Virus record (IMG/VR): IMGVR_UViG_3300023174_000045
Coordinates: 124,001-188,000 of that record
Reading direction: 5' to 3' (one strand)
Length of the DNA: 64,000 bases
Part shown: piece after piece, positions 52,457 through 61,531 of the stretch
How the letters are laid out: every line of letters begins with the position of its first letter
Numbering within the stretch: position 1 is the stretch's first letter
Notes under the pieces: generated by a model
Seen by the model: only the letters and a program-made list of their open reading frames with translations
The model's database searches: none
What the model was told of the DNA's origin: nothing
Made by a program: the position numbers and the translations under genes

Positions 52457-52719
52457 AGCACCCAGCAGACAGAACAGCCGGCCTCAACTCAGAACTAGCA
52501 GTGGAGATGATTGGCAACAGATACAATTTGATCCTAGCTGGCGCCCGCCGCATGAGAGAACTCAGTCGTGGTGACTTGCCTAAAATCACACTTAAATTTC
52601 CACACAGTGCAGGCGTCACAGCCATGCTGGAAATTGAAGCTGGCAAGATTGGCAAGGATTATATCTATCGTGAAACAGAAGTTCAACCACGACGCCGCAA
52701 CAAGCAACAACCCTTGTAA
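52453..52719 (+). CDS. RNA polymerase omega subunit-like protein
   Basis: IGNRYNLILAGARRMREL..G and AMLEIEAGKI match omega core. Confidence 0.75.
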   Translation: MKHPADRTAGLNSELAVEMIGNRYNLILAGARRMRELSRGDLPKITLKFPHSAGVTAMLEIEAGKIGKDYIYRETEVQPRRRNKQQPL

Positions 52720-52721
52720 CA

Positions 52722-53186
52722 GTGGATGAAAAGAACAGCGCCCGGGGACGTGACAGTTTTGATTCGGAAACTGGCAACACCTTGGTGCATTTTTTTAACC
52801 GCAATGTCATGCCATATCCCACTGAAGCTGGTGGGCACAAATTTGACCTTGTACCGGTTCAAAATCAAAAAGACCTCATGGTCAATGCGGCACGTATGCA
52901 TGCTCAACAAGAGTATGATCGCATTATGGAACTGGTGGCAGTGTTGCAACGCCAAGCTGAGGACATACAACACCGTTTGAACATAACCGATCAGGTTCGT
53001 GAGGCAAAATACGAATTCCAAACTTACCATGGACAGATCTACTGGTTGGTTGAAGACCATCGACACAACTGCAAACGGCTAGTTCACACTGGACCTGCAG
53101 ACTGGAACACTGGCCGACCTGAGGGATACGAATACATTTGCCAGGTGCAATGGCTAGGCGACTACACATGGAAAAAAGTAGAGTAA
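52722..53186 (+). CDS. DUF2452-like protein (GTG start)
   Basis: PYPT..G..KFDLVPV, AKYEFQ..HGQIY. Confidence 0.65.
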   Translation: MDEKNSARGRDSFDSETGNTLVHFFNRNVMPYPTEAGGHKFDLVPVQNQKDLMVNAARMHAQQEYDRIMELVAVLQRQAEDIQHRLNITDQVREAKYEFQTYHGQIYWLVEDHRHNCKRLVHTGPADWNTGRPEGYEYICQVQWLGDYTWKKVE

Positions 53187-53193
53187 ATAATTT

Positions 53194-53757
53194 ATGTTTT
53201 ATAAATTTGTTGACCTACCAAATTTGTCACAGATTCAGTCTGACGTTTTGAATTTTGTAAATTCCGCAGAATATGCTTTGGAAGAAAATGAAGCTCATAG
53301 CATTAGATTTGCTCATACTTGGCAGCATGTTCAAAGTGTGGTTGATGCAGTTGAAACTATTTGTTCTTGGCAACATGTAAAATACATTGCATTTGCCACC
53401 ACTCAAGCAAGAACATTTGGTACAACACCGCATAGAGATTCTGTCACAGATGATACAGAATATCCTTGGGCACTGAATATTCCCATAGCAAATTGGAATC
53501 AGACCTATGTGAATTTTTACAGCGCTCAGAATACAACTGGCGCCACAGTGACATTTGGTCGTGATCAATATCAATATCCAGCAACACTGTTTGATCCTTC
53601 CCAAGTAAAACTTGAAGAAACAGTTTGTCTTGACCGGCCAGCATTTTTTAACACCAGAGAAATACATTCACCTGTTAACTATACATCAAAAGCCAGACAC
53701 ATAATCAGTGTGAGATTTCACGTTGATTTGCGAAAATACAATTTGGGATTGGTGTAG
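53194..53757 (+). CDS. 2OG-Fe(II) oxygenase-like
   Basis: PHRD, ALNIPI, HSP, RHIISVRF. Confidence 0.65.
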   Translation: MFYKFVDLPNLSQIQSDVLNFVNSAEYALEENEAHSIRFAHTWQHVQSVVDAVETICSWQHVKYIAFATTQARTFGTTPHRDSVTDDTEYPWALNIPIANWNQTYVNFYSAQNTTGATVTFGRDQYQYPATLFDPSQVKLEETVCLDRPAFFNTREIHSPVNYTSKARHIISVRFHVDLRKYNLGLV

Positions 53758-53800
53758 TACTTTGGTAGTACTTGACCAATAATTGCCAAACTGTTATAAT
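53754..53800 (+). promoter_or_regulatory. Palindrome-like box plus early promoter
   Basis: GTAGTACT-TT-GGTAGTAC, TTGACC-17-TATAAT. Confidence 0.75.
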
Positions 53801-53806
53801 TTGAGA

Positions 53807-54040
53807 ATGTATAAAATAATAAGCAAAAATGGGTTACCACTGAATTCGTGTCCAACACTGGACGAAGCCATGGCATTTGCCAAAATTGTAGGTGCATTTG
53901 TGACTATACGTGGGCCAGGATTTGAAGTATGCGGGCGCTTTGGCGTTGATGCAGTGCAGGATGGGCTTTGCCCAGATGGTGTTGCATATGACTGGAACAA
54001 AGCAAGTCGCATTGGACGAGTAAAACGAGAACGAACATAA
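53807..54040 (+). CDS. Early hypothetical protein
   Basis: ATG at predicted +1. Confidence 0.7.
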   Translation: MYKIISKNGLPLNSCPTLDEAMAFAKIVGAFVTIRGPGFEVCGRFGVDAVQDGLCPDGVAYDWNKASRIGRVKRERT

Positions 54041-54050
54041 GGAGCATGAC

Positions 54051-54617
54051 ATGCCAGCAGTATTTTTAGTCAGTGACACACACTTTGGTCACGCTGGTGT
54101 GTGCCGCTTCACTCACCCTGATGACGCCACTGTGAAGTTGCGTCCCTGGGACAACCCTGACGACATGGATGAAGAAATGATCCGTCGCTGGAACGATCGT
54201 GTGCGTCCCTCAGACAAGGTGTATCACTTGGGCGATGTAGTAATCAACCGCAAGGCATTGAGCACCTTGGCCAGGTTGAACGGGGACAAAGTATTGATCC
54301 GTGGCAATCATGACATTTTCCGTGATGACGAATACAGACAGTACTTTCGTGAGTTGCGAGCATACCATGTCATGAACGGAATGATATTGAGTCATATCCC
54401 AATTCACTCAGAATCGTTGGGTCGATTTGGCACCAACATTCACGGACACTTGCACGCCAGTCGTGTAAAGATCAACGGTGAAGTTGACGTACGGTATCAT
54501 TGTGTGTGCGTGGAGCAGACTGACTTTGCACCTATCTTGTTGGATGATGTGTACAAACGCATTGAGGCAGAAGGTGGTAGCATTGGCTTCCGCAATGGCA
54601 ACGGTCCCGCAATGTAA
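54051..54617 (+). CDS. Calcineurin-like metallophosphoesterase
   Basis: SDTHFGH, HLGD, GNHD, HGHLH. Confidence 0.92.
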   Translation: MPAVFLVSDTHFGHAGVCRFTHPDDATVKLRPWDNPDDMDEEMIRRWNDRVRPSDKVYHLGDVVINRKALSTLARLNGDKVLIRGNHDIFRDDEYRQYFRELRAYHVMNGMILSHIPIHSESLGRFGTNIHGHLHASRVKINGEVDVRYHCVCVEQTDFAPILLDDVYKRIEAEGGSIGFRNGNGPAM

Positions 54618-54692
54618 TACTTGAGTATTACTTTTTAAAACCCTGCCCTGTGCAGGGTTTTTCTTGACCAATAATTGCCAAAATGCTATAAT
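54614..54692 (+). promoter_or_regulatory. Perfect palindrome, terminator hairpin and early promoter
   Basis: GTAATACT-TG-AGTATTAC; AAAACCCTGC/GCAGGGTTTT; TTGACC-17-TATAAT. Confidence 0.8.
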
Positions 54693-54723
54693 ATGGACAT
54701 ATTGTAACAACAAGGAGCCAGCA

Positions 54724-54951
54724 ATGAAATCGATCAAAGAACAGTTTCCCGGCATCATGGTCCTGGACACAGAGCCTGTCATGGTTGAGAATTTTTTCAG
54801 CGGTGAGACTTGTGTGCTCTCCCCTGATGAGGTTGCAGTGTACGATTACCTCAAAGGCTGTGAGCTTGTGGGTGACTACAAAATGCTACAAAAAGCCCTG
54901 GACTGGTTCCGTGAGCACAATGCAGAAGCATACATGACCCTGCTGGACTAA
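54724..54951 (+). CDS. Early hypothetical protein
   Basis: SD AAGGAG. Confidence 0.75.
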   Translation: MKSIKEQFPGIMVLDTEPVMVENFFSGETCVLSPDEVAVYDYLKGCELVGDYKMLQKALDWFREHNAEAYMTLLD

Positions 54952-54952
54952 T

Positions 54953-54999
54953 GTAATACTTAGGTAGTACTTGACCAGAAATTCCCAATTTGCTATAAT
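54953..54999 (+). promoter_or_regulatory. Palindrome-like box plus early promoter
   Basis: GTAATACT-TA-GGTAGTAC, TTGACC-17-TATAAT. Confidence 0.75.
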
Positions 55000-55030
55000 A
55001 TAGGCATAGTTTAACAAAAAGGAGCCGGTA

Positions 55031-55216
55031 ATGAAGATCACAATTTCTGTTCCAAAATCTGCTGTCAAAGCAGTCAAAGAGTATGCCAAAGAGATCAATG
55101 GCAAGGCTCCCTCCAAAGAAGAACTGGCCAAGTTCTTTGCCCAGGACATCCAGGGCTTGTACGGCGACACTTTTGACGAAGGTATTGAAGACGCTGTTGA
55201 ATGCTATTTCGGTTGA
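55031..55216 (+). CDS. Early hypothetical protein
   Basis: SD AAGGAG. Confidence 0.75.
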   Translation: MKITISVPKSAVKAVKEYAKEINGKAPSKEELAKFFAQDIQGLYGDTFDEGIEDAVECYFG

Positions 55217-55241
55217 CCAATAATTGCCAAACTGTTATAAT
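55213..55241 (+). promoter_or_regulatory. Early promoter identical to 53772-53800
   Basis: TTGACCAATAATTGCCAAACTGTTATAAT. Confidence 0.8.
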
Positions 55242-55271
55242 AGTCACATACAAAGCAAAAAGGAGCCAGTG

Positions 55272-55544
55272 ATGAGAAAAGCGTTTGAAGGACTTACTAC
55301 CAAAGAAATCCGTGAAGTGGGCATGTACGGTTGCACAGAAGCGCAGATGCGTGAAGCAGTGGAATCCAGTAGCACTTTCCGTTTTTCAGGACCTGCTATG
55401 GTTGTGGCGTCAATGATGAGTGATGCACAGGAAATGATGGCATACGAACAGCCTGACTTCAACACCATCGAAGATCAGCGCCAACTGCTGAACCGTGCAA
55501 AATTTGTTTTATTCACTTACATCATGGACCGGGAGACAGCATAA
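55272..55544 (+). CDS. Early hypothetical protein
   Basis: SD AAGGAG. Confidence 0.75.
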   Translation: MRKAFEGLTTKEIREVGMYGCTEAQMREAVESSSTFRFSGPAMVVASMMSDAQEMMAYEQPDFNTIEDQRQLLNRAKFVLFTYIMDRETA

Positions 55545-55807
55545 TGAAAATTCTAATTTGGAAAAGCCACGGTGACATCCGTGTTTATGATGTTTCTACT
55601 CCTGACAAACTACGTGCTCAGATTGAAGATGCCATTGATTGTCTAGATGGGTGGGGATTGGAAAAGGAAGTTGAATTGCTTCAAAAGCATATTGAAAAAC
55701 ATCCTAATGACCTTGTGGAATTGAGCCGAGCAGTTAACCAAATCATGATGGCAGTTGGAGACGAGGAAGAGATGTTTGAACAATTTTATATTGGGGAATT
55801 AGAATGA
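55544..55807 (+). CDS. Hypothetical protein
   Basis: TAATG overlap. Confidence 0.7.
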   Translation: MKILIWKSHGDIRVYDVSTPDKLRAQIEDAIDCLDGWGLEKEVELLQKHIEKHPNDLVELSRAVNQIMMAVGDEEEMFEQFYIGELE

Positions 55808-55998
55808 GCGAGAAGTTAGCACAGGCTGAGGCCAGATTCGACGAACTGGTTGATGCTGTTCAAGCATTGTCCAAAAAGATGACTGAGTTTCGTAGACTTT
55901 ATGAGCCCGAGTGTGTGGACTTCAATCAGATCAATGAATTGTTATACGACATGCTGGGCGAAATTGATGACCAATTGATTGAGGAGAATTTTGAATGA
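55804..55998 (+). CDS. Hypothetical coiled-coil protein
   Basis: ATGA overlap. Confidence 0.65.
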   Translation: MSEKLAQAEARFDELVDAVQALSKKMTEFRRLYEPECVDFNQINELLYDMLGEIDDQLIEENFE

Positions 55999-56210
55999 CA
56001 CAGGATGTGATTGGTCGTGAGATCACCGTGGGTTCGGCAGTGTTTTACAACGGTGTCTTGTACAAGGTCACCAAGACCAAAGGCCACATGATTGGCATGA
56101 ACTACCTGCGTGGGCACTACCAACTGGTCAGGGACAAAACCAAGCCTGGAAGAGAATGTTGCATTGTTGAAGGCCCGGCACTGACAGCATATTTGTTGGC
56201 CAAACAATAA
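55995..56210 (+). CDS. Hypothetical protein
   Basis: ATGA overlap, SD GAGGAG. Confidence 0.7.
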   Translation: MTQDVIGREITVGSAVFYNGVLYKVTKTKGHMIGMNYLRGHYQLVRDKTKPGRECCIVEGPALTAYLLAKQ

Positions 56211-56221
56211 AGGAAACCAAG

Positions 56222-56398
56222 ATGAGCATGAGCGACATCAGCATTGACATTCAGAACATGTTGGAAGACGGCGACCACCCCACAGTGATTGCTAGGGTGT
56301 TGGGCGTTCCATTGGCTTGGGTGTACAACACCCTGGAACAAATGGATCCTGACACCATTGAAGAAGACCGTTGCAGACTTGCAACAGGCTACAATTGA
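56222..56398 (+). CDS. 58-aa HTH-like protein
   Basis: HPTVIARVLGVPLAWVYNTL; SD AAGGA; not in track. Confidence 0.55.
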   Translation: MSMSDISIDIQNMLEDGDHPTVIARVLGVPLAWVYNTLEQMDPDTIEEDRCRLATGYN

Positions 56399-56423
56399 CC
56401 ACAAATTCAACTTCAGCTACAAT
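56395..56423 (+). promoter_or_regulatory. Early promoter
   Basis: TTGACC-17-TACAAT. Confidence 0.7.
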
Positions 56424-56464
56424 AACGACTTAACTTATTTTTAACCCCCGAAAGGAAACAGCCC

Positions 56465-57556
56465 ATGTCAGCAGTATCAGATGCACGTACAGTAACCAGT
56501 GCCCAAGTTCGCAAATCAATCATGCATGCGTTTAAGAAAAAGCGCCCTATGTTTTTGTGGGGTCCTCCCGGCATCGGCAAGAGCGAAGTTGTGGCTGGCA
56601 TCACCGAAGAACTTGGTGGCTTGATGATTGACTTGCGCCTGGGTCAAATGGAGCCCACAGACATTCGTGGTATTCCGTTTTACAACAAAGACATCGGCAA
56701 GATGGATTGGGCTCCTCCTGTGGAGATGCCCGATGAAGAAACTGCCAGCCAGTACCCTGTGGTGGTGTTGTTCTTGGACGAGATGAACTCGGCTCCAGCG
56801 TCAGTGCAAAGTGCCGCATATCAGTTGATTTTGAATCGACGCATTGGCAAGTATCGACTGCCTGACAATGTGGTAATGGTTGCTGCCGGTAACCGTGAGA
56901 GTGACAAAGGTGTCACATTCCGCATGCCTACTCCACTGGCAAATCGTTTTGTTCACCAAGAAATGCGTGTGGACTTTGCATCTTGGCAAGAGTGGGCTGT
57001 TAAAAACAACATCCACAAGGACGTGGTGGGTTACTTGAGTTTTGCCAAGCAAGACTTGTATGATTTTGATGCCAAGTCCAGTTCACGTGCGTTTGCTACA
57101 CCACGCTCATGGAGTTTTGTGAGTGAGTTGTTGGCAGATGAATGTGATGAGGACACAGAAATGAACCTGATTGCAGGTACTGTGGGCGAGGGTCTTGCAG
57201 TTAAGTTCAAGGCTCACCGCAAAGTGTCTGGACGCATGCCACAGCCCTCGGACATCTTGAGTGGCAAGGTCACTGACTTGAATGTAAAAGAGGTGAGTGC
57301 CATGTACAGTTTGGTGATCTCCATGTGCTACGAACTCAAAGACGCCATCGAGCAAAAGAAAGTTGGCGACAAAGAGTTCCATGAAATGTCCAACAACTTT
57401 TTGACATACATGATGAAGAACTTTGAAACTGAGCTGGTGGTGTTGGGTGCTCGTATTGCACTGACAACTTACTTGTTGCCAATGCAACCCACCAAGATCA
57501 AGTGCTTTGACGAGTTCCACAGCCGCTACGGCAAGTACATTTTGCAAGCCAACTGA
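56465..57556 (+). CDS. MoxR-like AAA+ ATPase
   Basis: GPPGIGKS, LFLDEMN, AAGNR, LANRF, TPRSW. Confidence 0.9.
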   Translation: MSAVSDARTVTSAQVRKSIMHAFKKKRPMFLWGPPGIGKSEVVAGITEELGGLMIDLRLGQMEPTDIRGIPFYNKDIGKMDWAPPVEMPDEETASQYPVVVLFLDEMNSAPASVQSAAYQLILNRRIGKYRLPDNVVMVAAGNRESDKGVTFRMPTPLANRFVHQEMRVDFASWQEWAVKNNIHKDVVGYLSFAKQDLYDFDAKSSSRAFATPRSWSFVSELLADECDEDTEMNLIAGTVGEGLAVKFKAHRKVSGRMPQPSDILSGKVTDLNVKEVSAMYSLVISMCYELKDAIEQKKVGDKEFHEMSNNFLTYMMKNFETELVVLGARIALTTYLLPMQPTKIKCFDEFHSRYGKYILQAN

Positions 57557-57564
57557 TTGGGGGT

Positions 57565-57607
57565 GGGTGGTGCAGTCTACTAGGGCTGTGACTGCGCCAC
57601 CCTTTTT
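57565..57607 (+). terminator. Long-stem intrinsic terminator
   Basis: GGGTGGTGCAGTC / GACTGCGCCACCC plus TTTTT. Confidence 0.8.
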
Positions 57608-57609
57608 CT

Positions 57610-57942
57610 ATGAACTACGAAATTGTCAAATTAAATGGTCGCAATGCTTGGAGCAAGATCTATCGGTACACCATTGAGTTTCCCAAGGGTGATTACAGCA
57701 GTGGTGTGCTGGAGTTTGATCGAGCCCGACGTTGGTTCAACCGCACTTATGGTTACAGCACAGATGTCCGAACACAGAATGAAATTGCTGAACAACTCAA
57801 TGACCGAATACCAGAAAGCCATCAATCAGATGATCTAAACTTGTTGTGGGCTTACAGCACTGAGTATCGCAACTACCGAATCTACGTGGCTTCGGACAAA
57901 GAGTTGATGTTTTTTGAACTTGCACATTCTGGCACTGCATGA
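57610..57942 (+). CDS. Hypothetical protein
   Basis: 110 aa. Confidence 0.7.
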   Translation: MNYEIVKLNGRNAWSKIYRYTIEFPKGDYSSGVLEFDRARRWFNRTYGYSTDVRTQNEIAEQLNDRIPESHQSDDLNLLWAYSTEYRNYRIYVASDKELMFFELAHSGTA

Positions 57943-58178
57943 AACACTGGCGTCATGAATATCATGTCCGGGTTGATGCTGTTCCACGTATTCGTTGGTG
58001 CAGAAAGAACTTGGGAGACCATGGAGACCGTTGGGACTATTTGAGTGGCAAAAACATTGTAGTCATATACATCATGAGCGACGAGGATGCCGCACTGTAC
58101 GACAAGCATTGGAGATTTTGGAATGTCCTTAAAGGTGACCACAAAGAAGAATCTCATTATTTTTCACAATCCCGATGA
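57939..58178 (+). CDS. Hypothetical protein
   Basis: ATGA overlap. Confidence 0.6.
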   Translation: MKHWRHEYHVRVDAVPRIRWCRKNLGDHGDRWDYLSGKNIVVIYIMSDEDAALYDKHWRFWNVLKGDHKEESHYFSQSR

Positions 58179-58434
58179 GTGGGCTCAGGTACTGGACCGC
58201 TTGGAACAGGATTTTGGTTTTTCCATTCGCATGCGGCATGTGATGCGGCGTGAACTGGGTTTTACCGCACGTGACCATCGTGGGTTGGTACCTAATCGCA
58301 AACTGGGGGAAATGTGGGCCGTGCTTCAATCACAGGAAATTGAGGATGCACCAGGGCACCACTATGAACAGCAAGTGCATTTGGACTTCTACACAGAGTA
58401 CGCACAGTCATGGTTCATACTAAAGTATTTGTAA
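58123..58434 (+). CDS. Hypothetical protein
   Basis: SD GGAG. Confidence 0.65.
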   Translation: MSLKVTTKKNLIIFHNPDEWAQVLDRLEQDFGFSIRMRHVMRRELGFTARDHRGLVPNRKLGEMWAVLQSQEIEDAPGHHYEQQVHLDFYTEYAQSWFILKYL

Positions 58435-58478
58435 TACTCAAGTACTACATTGACCATTAATTCACGATCTGCTATAAT
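58431..58478 (+). promoter_or_regulatory. Palindrome plus early promoter
   Basis: GTAATACT-CA-AGTACTAC, TTGACC-17-TATAAT. Confidence 0.78.
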
Positions 58479-58501
58479 ACATGAAACAAACAAGGAATCG
58501 C

Positions 58502-59806
58502 ATGCACTATTTTAACCCTGACGTACTACATGCCACAGCAGGCACCACTGCCACAAAAGATGACGCAAAGAAATTTGCCAACTTGATCGGTCCCATGGAC
58601 ATGAAACTGGATCGAGTTGTGCGTGAAAAATTGATTTCAGCCCGTGTGGGTTTGTTGCTGAAAGCAAGTTTTTTTGGCAACCTTGCAACACGTTTGAAAC
58701 TGGTCAATGCTGATGAGTGGTGTCCCACTGCCGCAACAGACGGACGCAATTTTTACTACAACACTCGCTTCATTGAGATGTTGCGCCCCAAAGAAATTGA
58801 GTTTTTGTTTGGACATGAAGTGTTGCATTGTGTATATGATCACTTTGGACGCCGCGGTGATCGTGACCCACAGTTGTGGAACATTGCCAATGATTATTGT
58901 GTGAATGGTGACTTGGTAAAGCACAATGTGGGTGAGAAGATCACTAGTGTGCCGTGTTTGTATGACCGCAAGTATGACGGCATGAGCTCGGAAGAAGTGT
59001 ACGATGCCTTGTACGAAAATGCTGAAAAGATTGACATTGGCAAATTGCTGGATCAAATGATTGACGAGCACTTGGACGGTGATGGCGAAGGTGACGGCGA
59101 CGAGGACGGTGAAGGCAAGGGTCGTCCCAAGTTGAGCGCTGAAGAAAAACAGGCCATCAAGGACGAGATCAAAGAAGCCATGTTGGCGGCTGCCGCTACT
59201 GTGGACGGTGCTGGTAACTTGCCCGCAGGTGTCAAGCGACTGATCCAACAGCTGACAGAACCCCAGATGAACTGGCGTGAGATCTTGCGCATGAACTTGG
59301 AGAGCACCATCAAAGCCGACTACACCTGGATGCGGGCCAGCCGCAAAGGTTGGCACATGGATGCAGTCATGCCCGGCCAAAAGCCCGATGAAATGATTGA
59401 CATTGCAGTGATGTTGGATGCATCTGGTTCAATCTCGGAATCCATGCTCAAGGACTTCTTGAGTGAAATCCAAGGCATCATGGACTCGTTCCCTGCATAC
59501 AAGATTCATGTTGTGACATTTGATACCGAAGCATACAATCCTGCACAATATGACTCGGACAATCTTGACAGCATGATTGACTATGAAGTGTCCGGTGGTG
59601 GTGGTACTGATTTTGATTGTATCTTCACCTACTTGAAGGAAGAGGAAATCACACCACGCCGACTCATCGTGTTCACAGACGGCTACCCGTTTGGTTCATG
59701 GGGTGACGCCGAATACTGCGACACCACCTGGATATTGCATGGTACCACAACCATTGTTCCACCCTGGGGCACACATGCCTACTACGACGAGAACAAGGAA
59801 GATTGA
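58502..59806 (+). CDS. Metallopeptidase-like plus VWA domain protein (DUF2201-like)
   Basis: HEVLH, MIDAS DASGS, GGGGTDF, VFTDG. Confidence 0.88.
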   Translation: MHYFNPDVLHATAGTTATKDDAKKFANLIGPMDMKLDRVVREKLISARVGLLLKASFFGNLATRLKLVNADEWCPTAATDGRNFYYNTRFIEMLRPKEIEFLFGHEVLHCVYDHFGRRGDRDPQLWNIANDYCVNGDLVKHNVGEKITSVPCLYDRKYDGMSSEEVYDALYENAEKIDIGKLLDQMIDEHLDGDGEGDGDEDGEGKGRPKLSAEEKQAIKDEIKEAMLAAAATVDGAGNLPAGVKRLIQQLTEPQMNWREILRMNLESTIKADYTWMRASRKGWHMDAVMPGQKPDEMIDIAVMLDASGSISESMLKDFLSEIQGIMDSFPAYKIHVVTFDTEAYNPAQYDSDNLDSMIDYEVSGGGGTDFDCIFTYLKEEEITPRRLIVFTDGYPFGSWGDAEYCDTTWILHGTTTIVPPWGTHAYYDENKED

Positions 59807-59817
59807 GGAGTGCCGGA

Positions 59818-60096
59818 ATGAACGAACGAATTCAAGAACTTGCCCAACAATCACAACTTGCAGAGTTGTATGACCGCTATGTTGAACAATGTATGAAAAA
59901 TGCCGACGACGATATTCTTGATTACGATGTGATTGTTAAAGAGTTTGCCGAGTTGTTTGTGCAGGAATGTGCCCAAGTTTGTGAGCCGACACTGGATGAA
60001 CCTTACGAGGATATGACTGAATTTGGCAAAGGGTTAGTTGAAGGGCAAGATATTGCCATTGAACGAATCAAAAAACATTTCGGAGTCGAAGAATGA
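59818..60096 (+). CDS. MNERI-family paralogue 1
   Basis: MNERIQELA...FAEL...HFGVEE. Confidence 0.8.
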   Translation: MNERIQELAQQSQLAELYDRYVEQCMKNADDDILDYDVIVKEFAELFVQECAQVCEPTLDEPYEDMTEFGKGLVEGQDIAIERIKKHFGVEE

Positions 60097-60224
60097 AAAC
60101 CGTGTTTGCTATTGTAGGTGCGTTCACTGTGGCTCTAGGCATCCTTGGAGCATTTGGTGTTGGCCACTTTGTTATGATCTACAGTCCAGATAAAATTTCC
60201 TGCGTCAAAGGAGTTGAAGCGTGA
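60093..60224 (+). CDS. 43-aa hydrophobic protein
   Basis: Starts in junction repeat, ends GVEA. Confidence 0.55.
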   Translation: MKTVFAIVGAFTVALGILGAFGVGHFVMIYSPDKISCVKGVEA

Positions 60225-60385
60225 GCAACCTTTGGTTTAACATTAGATTTGGTACTAGGCATTTTCAGTTCTCACGTGACTGGGAGATTTCGTTCAGGGT
60301 CAACTCCTACTGGATTGAGAATCCGCCTGCCAAGTGGTTTGAAGTATACTGCCTGTTTGGGCATCATTTCGGAGTTGAAGAATGA
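60221..60385 (+). CDS. 54-aa protein ending HFGVEE (GTG start)
   Basis: Ends in junction repeat. Confidence 0.55.
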   Translation: MSNLWFNIRFGTRHFQFSRDWEISFRVNSYWIENPPAKWFEVYCLFGHHFGVEE

Positions 60386-60576
60386 ACACAGCAGTATTTT
60401 CAGCCGCAGTTTGGGTATTGGTTACATCATTTGTTGATTCACACGGTGGTGGTAGCGTAACTTATAGTCCACCTTTGAAAGACCTACCGTCGTGTGAATA
60501 CTTACAAAAGAGTTTGCCTGATTCAGTATCATACCGTACTCGGTGTGTTCAAATTAACATGGCGGTGACAAAATGA
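60382..60576 (+). CDS. Small secreted/membrane protein
   Basis: ATGA overlap. Confidence 0.6.
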   Translation: MNTAVFSAAVWVLVTSFVDSHGGGSVTYSPPLKDLPSCEYLQKSLPDSVSYRTRCVQINMAVTK

Positions 60577-60812
60577 ACGAACGAATCCGAGAACTTGCTG
60601 AACAGGCTGGGATATTAAAAGAGCAATCTGTACAAGCAAAGATAGTAAAGAATGAAGATGGAACATGGACTTCAATTTTAGAATATCCTGATTTAGAAAA
60701 GTTCGCCGAGTTATTGATCCGGCAATGTATCCAGGCCGTAAAAAATGTCGGTGGCTACAACGAAGACTATCATATGAATGCTATCAAAAAATATTTCGGA
60801 GTTGAAGAATGA
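60573..60812 (+). CDS. MNERI-family paralogue 2
   Basis: Shared motifs. Confidence 0.8.
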   Translation: MNERIRELAEQAGILKEQSVQAKIVKNEDGTWTSILEYPDLEKFAELLIRQCIQAVKNVGGYNEDYHMNAIKKYFGVEE

Positions 60813-61063
60813 ACGAACGAATTCGACAACTTGCTGAACAGGCTAAAATAGATTATGAATTGCTGCCTGAGATTGCACGGGAACCTGTGTGGATCGCTCT
60901 TGATGACGAACTTGAAAAGTTCGCCGAATTATTGATCCGGCAATGCATGCGTATGTGCGATTGTGCAGATGTATCATTGCTAGAACATAATCGTCCTCAA
61001 GAAGCCAGTGGTGCAGCCGGCGCTAAACAATTTATCAAAGAATGGTTTGAGGTCGAAGAATGA
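60809..61063 (+). CDS. MNERI-family paralogue 3
   Basis: Shared motifs. Confidence 0.8.
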   Translation: MNERIRQLAEQAKIDYELLPEIAREPVWIALDDELEKFAELLIRQCMRMCDCADVSLLEHNRPQEASGAAGAKQFIKEWFEVEE

Positions 61064-61245
61064 ACGATTGGATTCAAGAACTTGAAGCTACACTCATGGA
61101 TCTATACCAGGGTCGACGGGTGGTTGTGCCACATGATATCGACCATGCTCATAACATGCTGATGGTGGCGGGTGCCTATATTCAACATGACAAACAGCGC
61201 ATGTGGAGCACACTAACGGAGATGAAAAGTGAACGAACGAATTAA
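61060..61245 (+). CDS. Hypothetical protein
   Basis: ATGA overlap. Confidence 0.65.
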   Translation: MNDWIQELEATLMDLYQGRRVVVPHDIDHAHNMLMVAGAYIQHDKQRMWSTLTEMKSERTN

Positions 61246-61486
61246 GGAACTTGCTGAACAGGCTACATCAATTGTAGAAATGGTAGGGCCCGAAGGTTAT
61301 ACCAGCAGTTATGCCAAATTTGATAGGGAAAAGTTCGCCGAGTTATTGATTCAGCAATGTATCAACGTTTGTGAGCCAGTTTTAGACGAACCGTATGAGG
61401 ATATGAGTGAGTTTGACAAAGGGTTAGTCGAAGGACAGGATGTTGCAGTAGAAAAGATCAAACAACATTTCGGAGTTGAAGAATGA
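61229..61486 (+). CDS. MNERI-family paralogue 4 (GTG start)
   Basis: Shared motifs. Confidence 0.8.
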   Translation: MNERIKELAEQATSIVEMVGPEGYTSSYAKFDREKFAELLIQQCINVCEPVLDEPYEDMSEFDKGLVEGQDVAVEKIKQHFGVEE

Positions 61487-61531
61487 AGCCAAACACACAG
61501 GCGTGGCGAGCATGGATGTTGGAGATCTACT

